A program made the translations under genes and the position numbers. DNA of 64,000 bases from Thermotogota bacterium. GTDB taxonomy: Bacteria > Thermotogota > Thermotogae > Petrotogales > Kosmotogaceae. This document shows, one piece after another, positions 50,119 through 59,043 of the stretch. The number at the start of each line of letters is the position of its first letter. Positions within the stretch are counted from its first letter, which is position 1. The DNA lies in assembly GCA_034660555.1 (NCBI GenBank), contig JAYEJL010000165.1, positions 1 to 64,000 on the forward strand. Direction: 5' to 3'. A model generated the notes under the pieces. That model was not told the DNA's origin and searched no databases. It saw only the letters and a program-made list of their open reading frames with translations.

Positions 50119-51999
50119 ATGTTGAATAGTAATTACAAATATGATGTTGTTGTAATAGGATCAGGACATGCTGGTATCGAAGCAGCACTCGCTCCGGCAC
50201 ACATGGGAGCAAAAACATTGTTACTTTCCATCAACCTTGATACCGTTGGTTGGGCTCCATGCAATCCTGCTATTGGAGGTCCTGCAAAAGGTGTTGTTGT
50301 TAGAGAAATAGATTCTCTTGGTGGACAAATGGCAAAAACTACCGACAAAACTTCCATTAATATTCGAATGCTGAATACAAAAAAGGGCCCTGCAGTAAGA
50401 GCGTTGCGTTCGCAGATAGATAAATTGAATTACAGCCAGGAGATGAAACATGTACTTGAGCAGCAGGAGAATCTCGATATAAAGAGCGCCATTGCTACTG
50501 AGATACAGACAGAAAATGGAAAGGTCTCAGGAGTTATGACACATTTTAAAGGAAATTTCTCCTGCAACGCTGTAATTGTTGCCACGGGCACATTCCTTGG
50601 AGGCCGCATATTTATTGGTCAGGATTATTTCGAAGCTGGAAGGTTGGGGGAATTTCCTTCCAAAAAGCTCAGCAAGTCACTTAAAGATCTGGGATTTGTA
50701 GTAAGGCGTTTTAAAACGGGAACCCCTGCCAGAATTCATGGCGATTCAGTTGATTTTGAAAAGATGGACAGGCAGGACACATCAGAAGAGCCACTCGCTT
50801 TTTCATTTTTCTCCGAACCCTATATACTGGATAAAGATTACCCATGCTGGTTAACGTATACAAACAGCAAAACTCATTCCATCATTAGAAGAGATATTAG
50901 CTTTTCTCCACTGTATGGCGATATAAAGCTAATACATTCAAAAGGACCAAGATATTGTCCTTCCATCGAAGATAAGGTTATGAAATTTTCTTCTAAGGAC
51001 AGCCATCAACTTTTTATTGAACCTGAGGGAAAGTCAACCAGAGAGTTTTATCTTAATGGTTTATCCACGAGTCTCCCCCTTGAAACCCAAAATGAAATGA
51101 TACATACAATTGAAGGGCTGGAAAATGCAAAAATAATCAGACCTGCATATGCCGTAGAATATGATTATATTGAGCCAAATCAATTGTATCCAACCCTGGA
51201 ATCAAAAATTGTAGAAAATCTCTATTTTGCAGGTCAGGTAAATGGCACAAGTGGTTATGAGGAAGCAGCAGGTCAGGGGCTAATTGCTGGTATAAACGCG
51301 GTAGCAAAGATTCGGGGAGATGAACCTCTTGTATTGAAAAGATCGGAATCATATATTGGAGTGATGATAGATGATTTGGTTACAAAAGGCGTTGATGAAC
51401 CATATCGTTTATTAACTTCAAGGGCAGAATACAGATTGTTACTCAGACACGATAATGCACATCTGAGATTGACACAATATGGCTATAAGTATGGTTTAAT
51501 ACCCAAATGGTTCAACGAAAAGGTTCTAACATTAAATAAAACTGTTGAAAAGGAAATTGAAAGATTGAACGAGGTCGTTGTAAAACCATCAAACAAATTA
51601 AACAATGAATTACTTAAAATAGGATCATCTGCTATATATCAATCAACACGAATGATCCAGCTACTTAAAAGGCCTGAAGTAGACTATTCTTTACTATCAC
51701 AATTCGATCCTGATCCCATTACAGATTACAATATCAAAGAACAGATAGAAACAGTCGTGAAATATCAGGGTTATATCAATCGTCTAGAGAGGGAAGTAAG
51801 CCAATTTGAGCGTCTGGAACACGAAAGAATTCCGATAGATATCAACTACGACGAAGTACCAAATTTATCTACCGAAGCCAGAGACAAACTAAAAAGATTG
51901 AAGCCCAGGTCCATTGGTCAGGCAACAAGAATACCGGGCATTACACCCTCTGACATTATGAATCTTTCCGCATATTTAAAATCTAAAAACTACGACTGA
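50119..51999 (+). CDS. mnmG: tRNA uridine-5-carboxymethylaminomethyl modification enzyme (GidA)
   Basis: [61 protein letters not shown]. Confidence 0.97.
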   Translation: MLNSNYKYDVVVIGSGHAGIEAALAPAHMGAKTLLLSINLDTVGWAPCNPAIGGPAKGVVVREIDSLGGQMAKTTDKTSINIRMLNTKKGPAVRALRSQIDKLNYSQEMKHVLEQQENLDIKSAIATEIQTENGKVSGVMTHFKGNFSCNAVIVATGTFLGGRIFIGQDYFEAGRLGEFPSKKLSKSLKDLGFVVRRFKTGTPARIHGDSVDFEKMDRQDTSEEPLAFSFFSEPYILDKDYPCWLTYTNSKTHSIIRRDISFSPLYGDIKLIHSKGPRYCPSIEDKVMKFSSKDSHQLFIEPEGKSTREFYLNGLSTSLPLETQNEMIHTIEGLENAKIIRPAYAVEYDYIEPNQLYPTLESKIVENLYFAGQVNGTSGYEEAAGQGLIAGINAVAKIRGDEPLVLKRSESYIGVMIDDLVTKGVDEPYRLLTSRAEYRLLLRHDNAHLRLTQYGYKYGLIPKWFNEKVLTLNKTVEKEIERLNEVVVKPSNKLNNELLKIGSSAIYQSTRMIQLLKRPEVDYSLLSQFDPDPITDYNIKEQIETVVKYQGYINRLEREVSQFERLEHERIPIDINYDEVPNLSTEARDKLKRLKPRSIGQATRIPGITPSDIMNLSAYLKSKNYD

Positions 52000-52025
52000 C
52001 AGCTATTATTGAATGTTTTTCATTG

Positions 52026-52054
52026 TTGACAGAGGATATCATGCGTATTATAAT
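52026..52054 (+). promoter_or_regulatory. Consensus sigma70 promoter of tRNA(CAT)
   Basis: TTGACA (52026-31), 17 bp spacer, TATAAT (52049-54). Confidence 0.88.
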
Positions 52055-52065
52055 CATTTAATGTC

Positions 52066-52143
52066 GGGCTCGTAGCTCAGTTTGGTTAGAGCTTCCGGCT
52101 CATAACCGGGCGGTCGGTGGTTCGAATCCACCCGAGCCCACCA
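52066..52143 (+). tRNA. tRNA with CAT anticodon, most likely tRNA-Ile2 (lysidine type)
   Basis: Acceptor GGGCTCG/CGAGCCC has a paired 1:72 and lacks three consecutive G-C pairs in the anticodon stem, so not an initiator. Arm CGG-CTCATAA-CCG resembles known Ile2 tRNAs. CCA encoded. Ile2 versus elongator Met is inferred. Confidence 0.9.
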
Positions 52144-52167
52144 AAGCGGCGAAAGCCGCTTTTTTTA
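52143..52167 (+). terminator. Intrinsic terminator after tRNA(CAT)
   Basis: AAAGCGGC-GAAA-GCCGCTTT followed by further Ts. Confidence 0.9.
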
Positions 52168-52234
52168 ATGAATTTGTTCTGCTAAAATGATACAGTTAAC
52201 CTATGAAAGTAATAATATTTTGGAGTGTGAACAG

Positions 52235-52942
52235 ATGTTTTTAGATATTGGTAACGAATTGTTGTGGCTAATCTTCATGTTCATCGATCTGTCCATTGCG
52301 GTTATAGTCTTTAAGTTATTTAAACGAGAAGGATTGTTCATGATGATCATTGCAAATATCATCATAGCAAACATTCAGGTTATTAAACTGGTAGAACTCT
52401 TTGGTATAACCGCAACACTGGGAAATATCGTTTACGGTTCAATATTCTTTTCAACAGATCTTTTAAACGAACTGTATGGAAAAAAAGAAGCTCGTAAAGG
52501 AGTCCTACTGGGGTTCGTAACTCTTATGATCGCAACGCTATACATGCAGTTTGCCATCTCGTTCACTCCTTCAGGAATTGAAGAATCACTTGAAGCTCAC
52601 AAGGCACTCAGCACAATATTCGGAATATTACCCAGGATAGCTGCAGGAAGCCTTATTGCGTATATTGTTTCACAACTACACGACGTATGGGCATTCGATT
52701 TCTGGAAACGACTGACTAAAGGAAAACATCTTTGGTTAAGAAACAATCTTTCAACTATGGTAAGTCAGTTTCTCGATTCGTTAATTTTTGTGTTCATTGC
52801 TTTTTGGGGAACACTGGAGCTAAATGTATGGTGGCAGGTAGTGTTTACAACATATGTATTCAAGTGGTTTGTAGCAGCCTTTGATACACCATTCATTTAT
52901 CTTGCCAGATGGTTACATAAAAAAAATGAAATTGAAGAGTAA
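52235..52942 (+). CDS. yhhQ: Queuosine precursor transporter (YhhQ/VUT family)
   Basis: IANI...K, TDLLNELYG, RIAAGSLIAYIVSQ..D, LWLRN..STMVSQFLDS..F, DTPF; ATG 52235 follows a GGAGTG SD. Confidence 0.88.
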   Translation: MFLDIGNELLWLIFMFIDLSIAVIVFKLFKREGLFMMIIANIIIANIQVIKLVELFGITATLGNIVYGSIFFSTDLLNELYGKKEARKGVLLGFVTLMIATLYMQFAISFTPSGIEESLEAHKALSTIFGILPRIAAGSLIAYIVSQLHDVWAFDFWKRLTKGKHLWLRNNLSTMVSQFLDSLIFVFIAFWGTLELNVWWQVVFTTYVFKWFVAAFDTPFIYLARWLHKKNEIEE

Positions 52943-52959
52943 ATTCTTGTTTCGTTATA

Positions 52960-53811
52960 CTAAGAGAAGGTATTGGCAATATTTGCAGCAACTCTGGCGT
53001 TGTTTTTTAACAGAGAAATGTTGGTCCTAACTGACTGACCATTAGAATAATTTGCCAGCTCGGTAAGCAAAAACGGGGTTAAACCTTTTCCGGTTATGTT
53101 CTTTTTTTCTGCATTATTTACAGCTCTTCTTACCCAGTTGTTTAATCTATCATAATCTATTTCTTCTTCTTCAGGAACAGGATTTAAGACCAGAACTGCA
53201 CCGGATAAACCCAGTTCTTTTTTCTTGAGAAAAATATCCCTTATTTCTGATGGATTATCTGTAGAAAAACTGAGTCTGTAATTACTGGTTCGAGAATGAA
53301 ATAAAGGGAATACTTCTGTATTGAATCCTACTGTAGTAATTTGCGAAGTTTCAAGCAATTCAATTGTTCTTTCAATATCAAGAATACTTTTAAACCCTGA
53401 ACAAACAACAATCATTGAGCTTCTGGAAAGCTCAGCAATATCTTGAGACACATCCCATGTTCTCTGTCTATGAACACCACCGATGCCACCGGTAGCAAAC
53501 ACTTTAATTCCTGCTTTTTTTGCAAGTGCAATAGTGGCACTTACCGTGGTCGCTGCATTTCTCTTTCCAACAATAGCTGCGGCTAGTTCAGCTGTTCCAA
53601 CCTTAATGACATTATTGTCTACTGCGAGAAACTTTATTTCTTCCTTTGTTAAACCGATTTTCACTTCACCAGAGATAATGCCTATAGTTTTTGGCGCTGC
53701 TCCATTTTGCTTCACTATCGTCTCCATTTCCAGAGCTGTGTCAACATTAAAAGGATTGGGAAGTCCTTTTGCTATAACCGTGCTTTCAAGTGCTACAATG
53801 TTTTTCATCAT
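52960..53811 (-). CDS. psuG: Pseudouridine-5'-phosphate glycosidase (IndA family)
   Basis: VALESTVIAKGLP, ATTVSAT, FATGGIGGVHR, DVSQD, KSILD, TPFLL. Confidence 0.92.
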   Translation of the reverse strand: MMKNIVALESTVIAKGLPNPFNVDTALEMETIVKQNGAAPKTIGIISGEVKIGLTKEEIKFLAVDNNVIKVGTAELAAAIVGKRNAATTVSATIALAKKAGIKVFATGGIGGVHRQRTWDVSQDIAELSRSSMIVVCSGFKSILDIERTIELLETSQITTVGFNTEVFPLFHSRTSNYRLSFSTDNPSEIRDIFLKKKELGLSGAVLVLNPVPEEEEIDYDRLNNWVRRAVNNAEKKNITGKGLTPFLLTELANYSNGQSVRTNISLLKNNARVAANIANTFS

Positions 53812-54503
53812 ACTTCACCTTTCCTTCTCGCAAAATTCAGTGACATTATGAGTCCAATAACAAAGCCACCTATGTGAGCCCACCAGGCAACTCCCGCAGA
53901 ACCGGATGAAGTAATTTTAAACACTCCATTAAAGAATTGCAGAAAAAACCATAAAACAAGAAAAAAGTAGGCAGGAATTTCAAAAAGAAGTGGGAAAAAC
54001 AAAATCGGAACAACCGTCAAAATTCTGCTCCATGGGAAAAAATACAAATAGGCACCCATCACACCTGCTACACAACCTGAAGCGCCTATAACTGCCATGT
54101 TTGAGTTTGGCATAAAAGAAAATTGAACAATATTGGCAAGCACACCCCAGCTCAAATAATAAAACAGAAAACGTATGTGCCCCAACTTGTCTTCAACATT
54201 GTCTCCAAACACAAACAGTATCCACATATTGGTTATTATGTGCAGCCACCCACCATGCATAAAAGTAGAACTTAGAAATGGAATGAAATTCAGCTGATTT
54301 ACTGTCATTTCATACATTCCTTGAATCATGATTCTTCCCTCTGTAAATCTGGTGGGAACTAGCCCATACCTGTGCACGAAAATAATAAGATCAGTTCTGT
54401 TGAGACTAAGCTCATACAGAAAAATCGCAACATTCAGAGCGATAACTGCATAAATTACATAAGGAGTTTTTGAACTTTTTATGCTATCCTTAATCGGAAA
54501 CAT
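53808..54503 (-). CDS. Rhomboid family intramembrane serine protease
   Basis: FMHGGWLH..NM, FGDNVED, GASG, AHIGG. Confidence 0.93.
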   Translation of the reverse strand: MFPIKDSIKSSKTPYVIYAVIALNVAIFLYELSLNRTDLIIFVHRYGLVPTRFTEGRIMIQGMYEMTVNQLNFIPFLSSTFMHGGWLHIITNMWILFVFGDNVEDKLGHIRFLFYYLSWGVLANIVQFSFMPNSNMAVIGASGCVAGVMGAYLYFFPWSRILTVVPILFFPLLFEIPAYFFLVLWFFLQFFNGVFKITSSGSAGVAWWAHIGGFVIGLIMSLNFARRKGEV

Positions 54504-54551
54504 AGCATTCTCCTAACAAGTTTATATTACTTATTTTACCAAATAGATAAC

Positions 54552-54580
54552 TTGAAAAGCTAAATGGCCAGTGATATAAT
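54552..54580 (+). promoter_or_regulatory. Sigma70 promoter of tRNA-Arg
   Basis: TTGAAA (54552-57), 17 bp spacer, TG-n-TATAAT (54575-80). Confidence 0.8.
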
Positions 54581-54591
54581 TTTGCGCGTGT

Positions 54592-54666
54592 GCCCCCGTA
54601 GTTCAACGGATAGAACGGCGGATTCCTAATCCGCAAATGAAGGTTCGATTCCTTCCGGGGGTACCA
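54592..54666 (+). tRNA. tRNA-Arg(CCT)
   Basis: Acceptor GCCCCCG/CGGGGGT, anticodon stem GCGGA/TCCGC with loop TT-CCT-AA, GGTTCGATTCC, CCA. Confidence 0.96.
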
Positions 54667-54669
54667 GAA

Positions 54670-54695
54670 AAGCGCGGCTTGACTGCGCTTATTTG
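54670..54695 (+). terminator. Probable terminator after tRNA-Arg
   Basis: AAGCGCGG-CTTGA-CTGCGCTT followed by ATTTGTTT. Confidence 0.6.
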
Positions 54696-54830
54696 TTTAT
54701 CCTTTTTAAAAAATTCTCGGCGAGAACCATAAAAAATGATGAAGGTGTAACCAATAAATCTAACGCTGCTCATAGTCGAATAAAGGACTTTATTAATACT
54801 AACCACAAATAAATGCGGCTTTTGTCAATT

Positions 54831-54848
54831 TTGTGGGTTTGTTCACAA
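54831..54848. promoter_or_regulatory. Putative Rex-type operator upstream of gdhA
   Basis: TTGTGGGTTTGTTCACAA, two mismatches to TTGTGAA-N4-TTCACAA. Confidence 0.5.
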
Positions 54849-54906
54849 ACTCACGTGAGACTAGAATTAGTCTGAAAGCACAAACTTTAGTAGAGGAGGG
54901 TTTTTA

Positions 54907-56160
54907 GTGGCCGATGTAAGTTTATACCAAAACGCATTGAAACAGTTCCGAAAGGCTACGGACATAATGGAACTTGATCCTTCACTTGTGGAGGTCCTTT
55001 CCTTTCCCAAACGCGAACTGACGGTAAACTGTCCTGTAAGAATGGACGATGGTAGTATTAGAGTTTTCACAGGTCATAGAGTACAGCACAACATAGCAAG
55101 AGGTCCTGCAAAAGGTGGTATCCGATATCATGCAGATGTGACACTTGACGAAGTCAAAGCCCTGGCTTTCTGGATGACATGGAAAGCTGCTGTAGTTGGA
55201 ATTCCCTATGGTGGTGGAAAAGGCGGCGTCGCAGTTGACCCATCAAAGCTCAGTGAGGGTGAACTTGAAAGACTTTCCAGACGATTCTTTTCGGAAATTC
55301 AGGTAATACTTGGAGAAGACAAAGATATTCCAGCTCCTGATGTCAATACCAACGCACAGGTAATGTCCTGGTATATGGATACCTATTCTATGAATGTGGG
55401 ACATTCTGTACTCGGTATAGTAACCGGAAAACCTTTAGAAATAGGCGGTTCAGCTGGTAGATCGGAAGCAACTGGAAGAGGGGTCAGAGTAGTAACAGAA
55501 GAAGCAATCAATTATAAAGATATGGATCCGGAGAAAACCACGGTGGCAGTTCAGGGGTTTGGAAATGTAGGCTCACACGCTGCCAAACTTATTCATAAAG
55601 AAATTGGATCCAAGATAATCGCTGTAAGTGATGTTTCGGGCGGAATTTACAATGAAAATGGACTGGACATAAACGAATTAATCGAGTACACTAAAACGAA
55701 TAATGGACTTGTAAAAGGTTTCCCTAAAGCTGAACCAATATCAAATGAAGACCTCCTTACGCTGGACGTAGACGTACTTGTTCCTGCAGCGCTGGAAAAT
55801 GCAATCACTGAGAAAAATGCAAACGATGTCAGAGCCAAGATTATCGTAGAGGGCGCAAACGGTCCTGTAACTCCAGAAGCAGAGGATATATTGTTAAACA
55901 AAGACATTTTCTTTGTACCTGACTTCCTGGCCAACGCTGGAGGTGTAACTGTATCTTATTTCGAATGGGTTCAGGGCCTGCAGTGGTATTTCTGGGAATT
56001 GGAAGACATAAGAAGAGCCCTTCACAAAATTATGAGGCAGGCTTTCAACACCAACATCAAAACAATGCATAAATACGGAACTGATATGAGAACCTCAGCT
56101 TACATAGTAGCAATTGACCGTGTCGCAACTGCTACAAAACTCAGAGGGATTTATCCTTGA
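54907..56160 (+). CDS. gdhA: Glutamate dehydrogenase
   Basis: GPAKGGIR, GGGKGG, DIPAPD, TGKP..GGS, QGFGNVG, EGANGP, NAGGVTVSYFEW. Confidence 0.96.
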   Translation: MADVSLYQNALKQFRKATDIMELDPSLVEVLSFPKRELTVNCPVRMDDGSIRVFTGHRVQHNIARGPAKGGIRYHADVTLDEVKALAFWMTWKAAVVGIPYGGGKGGVAVDPSKLSEGELERLSRRFFSEIQVILGEDKDIPAPDVNTNAQVMSWYMDTYSMNVGHSVLGIVTGKPLEIGGSAGRSEATGRGVRVVTEEAINYKDMDPEKTTVAVQGFGNVGSHAAKLIHKEIGSKIIAVSDVSGGIYNENGLDINELIEYTKTNNGLVKGFPKAEPISNEDLLTLDVDVLVPAALENAITEKNANDVRAKIIVEGANGPVTPEAEDILLNKDIFFVPDFLANAGGVTVSYFEWVQGLQWYFWELEDIRRALHKIMRQAFNTNIKTMHKYGTDMRTSAYIVAIDRVATATKLRGIYP

Positions 56161-56182
56161 TCGAATAATTAACAAAAATCAC

Positions 56183-56209
56183 AAGCGGGGGGATTTACCC
56201 CGCTTTTTT
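56183..56209 (+). terminator. Intrinsic terminator after gdhA
   Basis: AAGCGGGG-GGATTTA-CCCCGCTT followed by further Ts. Confidence 0.85.
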
Positions 56210-56332
56210 AAGTCTTTTCACAAAGCACATAAAAAATAATATAATAATCATAAACGGATTTTAGTATCAGAAAAACCAACTGTTGCGTATTTTTTAGGAG
56301 GTGAACAGGTAGATACAAAATAACCTGGAGAC

Positions 56333-57796
56333 ATGAATATAAAGTTAAAAAACGGAATGGTTTATGATCCTAAAAAGGGTACCTTTAACAAACGTGATCT
56401 TGTTATTAAAAATAGTATTATCAGTAACAGTGATGATGGTGCAAAAACTTATGACATTGGAGGATATTACGTCTATCCGGGGTTCGTAGATTCTCATCTT
56501 CATTTAATATCTACAGGAAAACGACAATTAACTCCATCTCTTGATCATATAAACAGTAAAGAGGAGCTTAACTTATTTTTTAGGAATTACTCTACCAAAG
56601 ATCGGATAACTGAAATCTTTAATGCGCGAGGTTGGGATCAGGATAAACTTGGATTTATGCCTGATCGAGTGTACCTTGATGAATTTTTTCCTGAAACACC
56701 CGTAATCCTTGAAAGAAGATGCGGACATGTGGCAGTCGTTAGCAGTGCAATGATCGATAGATACAACTTAAAAAAGTTTGATGGTCTCGATGGCACTGTC
56801 ATTTCAAAAGGTTACTTAAAGGAAAGAGCACTTATTAAAACACAGGACCTGATAACACTGTCAAAGGAAGAAATAAACAAGTTTATGAATAAAGGCATAG
56901 ATTTGCTTCTGGGGTATGGTATTACGCACGTCCATACCGATGATTTTCATGGTGTAGAGCTGAAAACACTTCTTAATACACTATCCGCTCAAAACAGAAT
57001 TAAGATCTTTGAGAAACTAAATGTACCTGCATCTTCTATTGAAAAAATCAAACATTATACGGAATACGAAAGTGAATTCCTTACAATTGGATCGGTAAAG
57101 ATATTCCTCGACGGATCATTCGGTGCACGAACTGGAGCATTATTGGAACCTTATGCAGATGATGTAGAAAACAGAGGTTTATTTTACTACTCAGAGAGAG
57201 AGCTTAACAATATTCTGACTCTTTGTGAAAAAGAAAAATTGCAGTTATCCATACACATTATAGGAGATAGAGCCCTGGAATTAGCTCTTAATGTATTAAG
57301 CAATTATCCAAAGAGTTCATTGAAACATAGATTGATACATCTCCAGATTGCCTCCAATAAGCAGATTAGTAGAATAGCCGAAATTGGTTTGATCGCATCG
57401 ATTCAACCGGTGTTTTATATCTCTGATAACGAAATGGCAAAGGCAAGATTGGGCAAAAATCGTTACAGGGAAAAAGCTTATCCTTTCAAAAAGATGTTTG
57501 AATCAGGGGTGAGTCTTTCATTATCCACCGATTCGCCAGTGGAAGATCCAAATCCATTTTTAAATATTATCGCAGCAGATAACTTTTTTGACAGAAAAAC
57601 CATACTTTATCTGTATATGATAAATGGAAGAAAACATGGTTTCTCAAATGACTCTGGAAGACTTCTAACGGGAGAAAAGGCTGACTTCTTTATAACAAAA
57701 ACCGATCTACTTCATGCCTCAAAGATTGATTTAGCAGAAACTAAAGCAGCAATAACATTTGTGAATGGAAAACCTGTACATGGTTCGCTACCTTGA
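56333..57796 (+). CDS. Amidohydrolase 3 family (YtcJ-like) metal-dependent hydrolase
   Basis: PGFVDSHLH, RGWDQ, R.CGH, KIFLDGS.GART, HIIGDRA, HRLIH, STDSPV. Confidence 0.88.
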   Translation: MNIKLKNGMVYDPKKGTFNKRDLVIKNSIISNSDDGAKTYDIGGYYVYPGFVDSHLHLISTGKRQLTPSLDHINSKEELNLFFRNYSTKDRITEIFNARGWDQDKLGFMPDRVYLDEFFPETPVILERRCGHVAVVSSAMIDRYNLKKFDGLDGTVISKGYLKERALIKTQDLITLSKEEINKFMNKGIDLLLGYGITHVHTDDFHGVELKTLLNTLSAQNRIKIFEKLNVPASSIEKIKHYTEYESEFLTIGSVKIFLDGSFGARTGALLEPYADDVENRGLFYYSERELNNILTLCEKEKLQLSIHIIGDRALELALNVLSNYPKSSLKHRLIHLQIASNKQISRIAEIGLIASIQPVFYISDNEMAKARLGKNRYREKAYPFKKMFESGVSLSLSTDSPVEDPNPFLNIIAADNFFDRKTILYLYMINGRKHGFSNDSGRLLTGEKADFFITKTDLLHASKIDLAETKAAITFVNGKPVHGSLP

Positions 57797-58414
57797 ACAA
57801 CTAACCTGAAAAAGGTCTCTGTCTTCAAGCCTGATAGCTGTTAATTTGCCACCATAGACGCATCCAGTATCTATTCCAATTTTGGTTTTATCAATATAGG
57901 GTACATCAAGAAATGGAGTATGACCAAAAACGATTATTTTATCACTTAAAGGTTTTTTGCAATATATAAATTCTTCTCTTATCCATATCATCTCCATTTC
58001 ATCCTGTTCCTCAAGAGGTTTCCCTGGAAGTACTCCAGCATGAACAACAAGATAATTCCCCGTCTGATAATAGAATTCGGTATTTCTGAAAAACTCAAGA
58101 TGATCTTTAGGAATCGAATTTATATTTCCATAACTGTCCAGTGTAGCTTCCATTCCGTTGAGATACCAGATTCTTCCCATATTCTTATCATCAAGATAGT
58201 CCAGCAACATCTGTTCATGATTACCTCTAAGAAATATACAATTGTATTTTTCTGAAAGATCGAGAAGAAACTCTACTACACCCTTCGAGTCTTTCCCTCT
58301 GTCAATATAATCGCCTACAAAAATCAGCTTATCTTCTTTCTGAACAGGTAGTTTCTTCATGAGTCTCTTTAGGCTTTTCAAACATCCATGAATATCTCCT
58401 ATAACATATCTCAT
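57788..58414 (-). CDS. PPP-family metallophosphoesterase (Ser/Thr phosphatase/ApaH-like)
   Basis: GDIHG, GDYIDRG, RGNHE, HAG, GHTP, IDTG...GGKLT. Confidence 0.92.
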   Translation of the reverse strand: MRYVIGDIHGCLKSLKRLMKKLPVQKEDKLIFVGDYIDRGKDSKGVVEFLLDLSEKYNCIFLRGNHEQMLLDYLDDKNMGRIWYLNGMEATLDSYGNINSIPKDHLEFFRNTEFYYQTGNYLVVHAGVLPGKPLEEQDEMEMIWIREEFIYCKKPLSDKIIVFGHTPFLDVPYIDKTKIGIDTGCVYGGKLTAIRLEDRDLFQVSCSR

Positions 58415-58415
58415 A

Positions 58416-59030
58416 TCAGAAAATATTCTCCATTATCATTTTCCATAGAAATGAAAAACCTACACCAATAACCGGACTGAGAATCCACTCAATTTTTCTT
58501 TCCTTTGAAAAAATAACTCTGTAAACAATTGCCGCAAGCACAGAAATGATAACCCACTCAATTTTATTCGCAAAAGCAAATATGAATATTACAAGTCTTT
58601 CGGTTATACCTATTGAATCACTCTTTAGCGAATCGATAATACCTTTTCTGAAGAAATAAGTCACACCAACTGTTACCAGAAGAATACCTAATAGATACCA
58701 TGCAAAGGGACCTGTGATAAACGAAGTGCGTAGTAAATCAGACACAAGGAAAGACAAGATTGCATATGATATGACTGCAAATAATTCAACTAAATCCTGA
58801 GAAAATCGAGCCCTTAGGAATAAGATCACAGGTAATGCCAAAATCGCAAGTATAAACACAAGAATTCCCTTAGGCGAGGTAAACAATGTATCAAAACTAA
58901 AAGCCAAAACTACCAGTGCGCCCCATAATATCTGATACAGAAATCTCTTTTCCTTCATTTCACCAAGTTTGCTATTATTTACGAAAGCGTGATTGGCAAC
59001 AATATAAGCAACCAACAAGTGTACAGGCAT
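58416..59030 (-). CDS. Multi-pass membrane protein, DUF3307-like
   Basis: Several hydrophobic helices; N-terminal HLLVAY..ANH and C-terminal IGITERLVIF resemble DUF3307-type proteins (family call tentative). Confidence 0.6.
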   Translation of the reverse strand: MPVHLLVAYIVANHAFVNNSKLGEMKEKRFLYQILWGALVVLAFSFDTLFTSPKGILVFILAILALPVILFLRARFSQDLVELFAVISYAILSFLVSDLLRTSFITGPFAWYLLGILLVTVGVTYFFRKGIIDSLKSDSIGITERLVIFIFAFANKIEWVIISVLAAIVYRVIFSKERKIEWILSPVIGVGFSFLWKMIMENIF

Positions 59031-59043
59031 ATTCTTTATCCTC

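Noticed and set aside
52168..52234. preQ1 riboswitch upstream of yhhQ
   Set aside because: No recognisable P1 stem with a GTTC-type loop and A-rich tail.
54603..54806. 67-aa minus-strand ORF
   Set aside because: Antisense to tRNA-Arg and its terminator.
56295..56332. Strong SD (GGAGGTG) with no start codon at normal spacing, plus a small CAGGT/ACCTG stem, before the amidohydrolase gene
   Set aside because: No supportable leader ORF; a second GGAG precedes the ATG at 56333.
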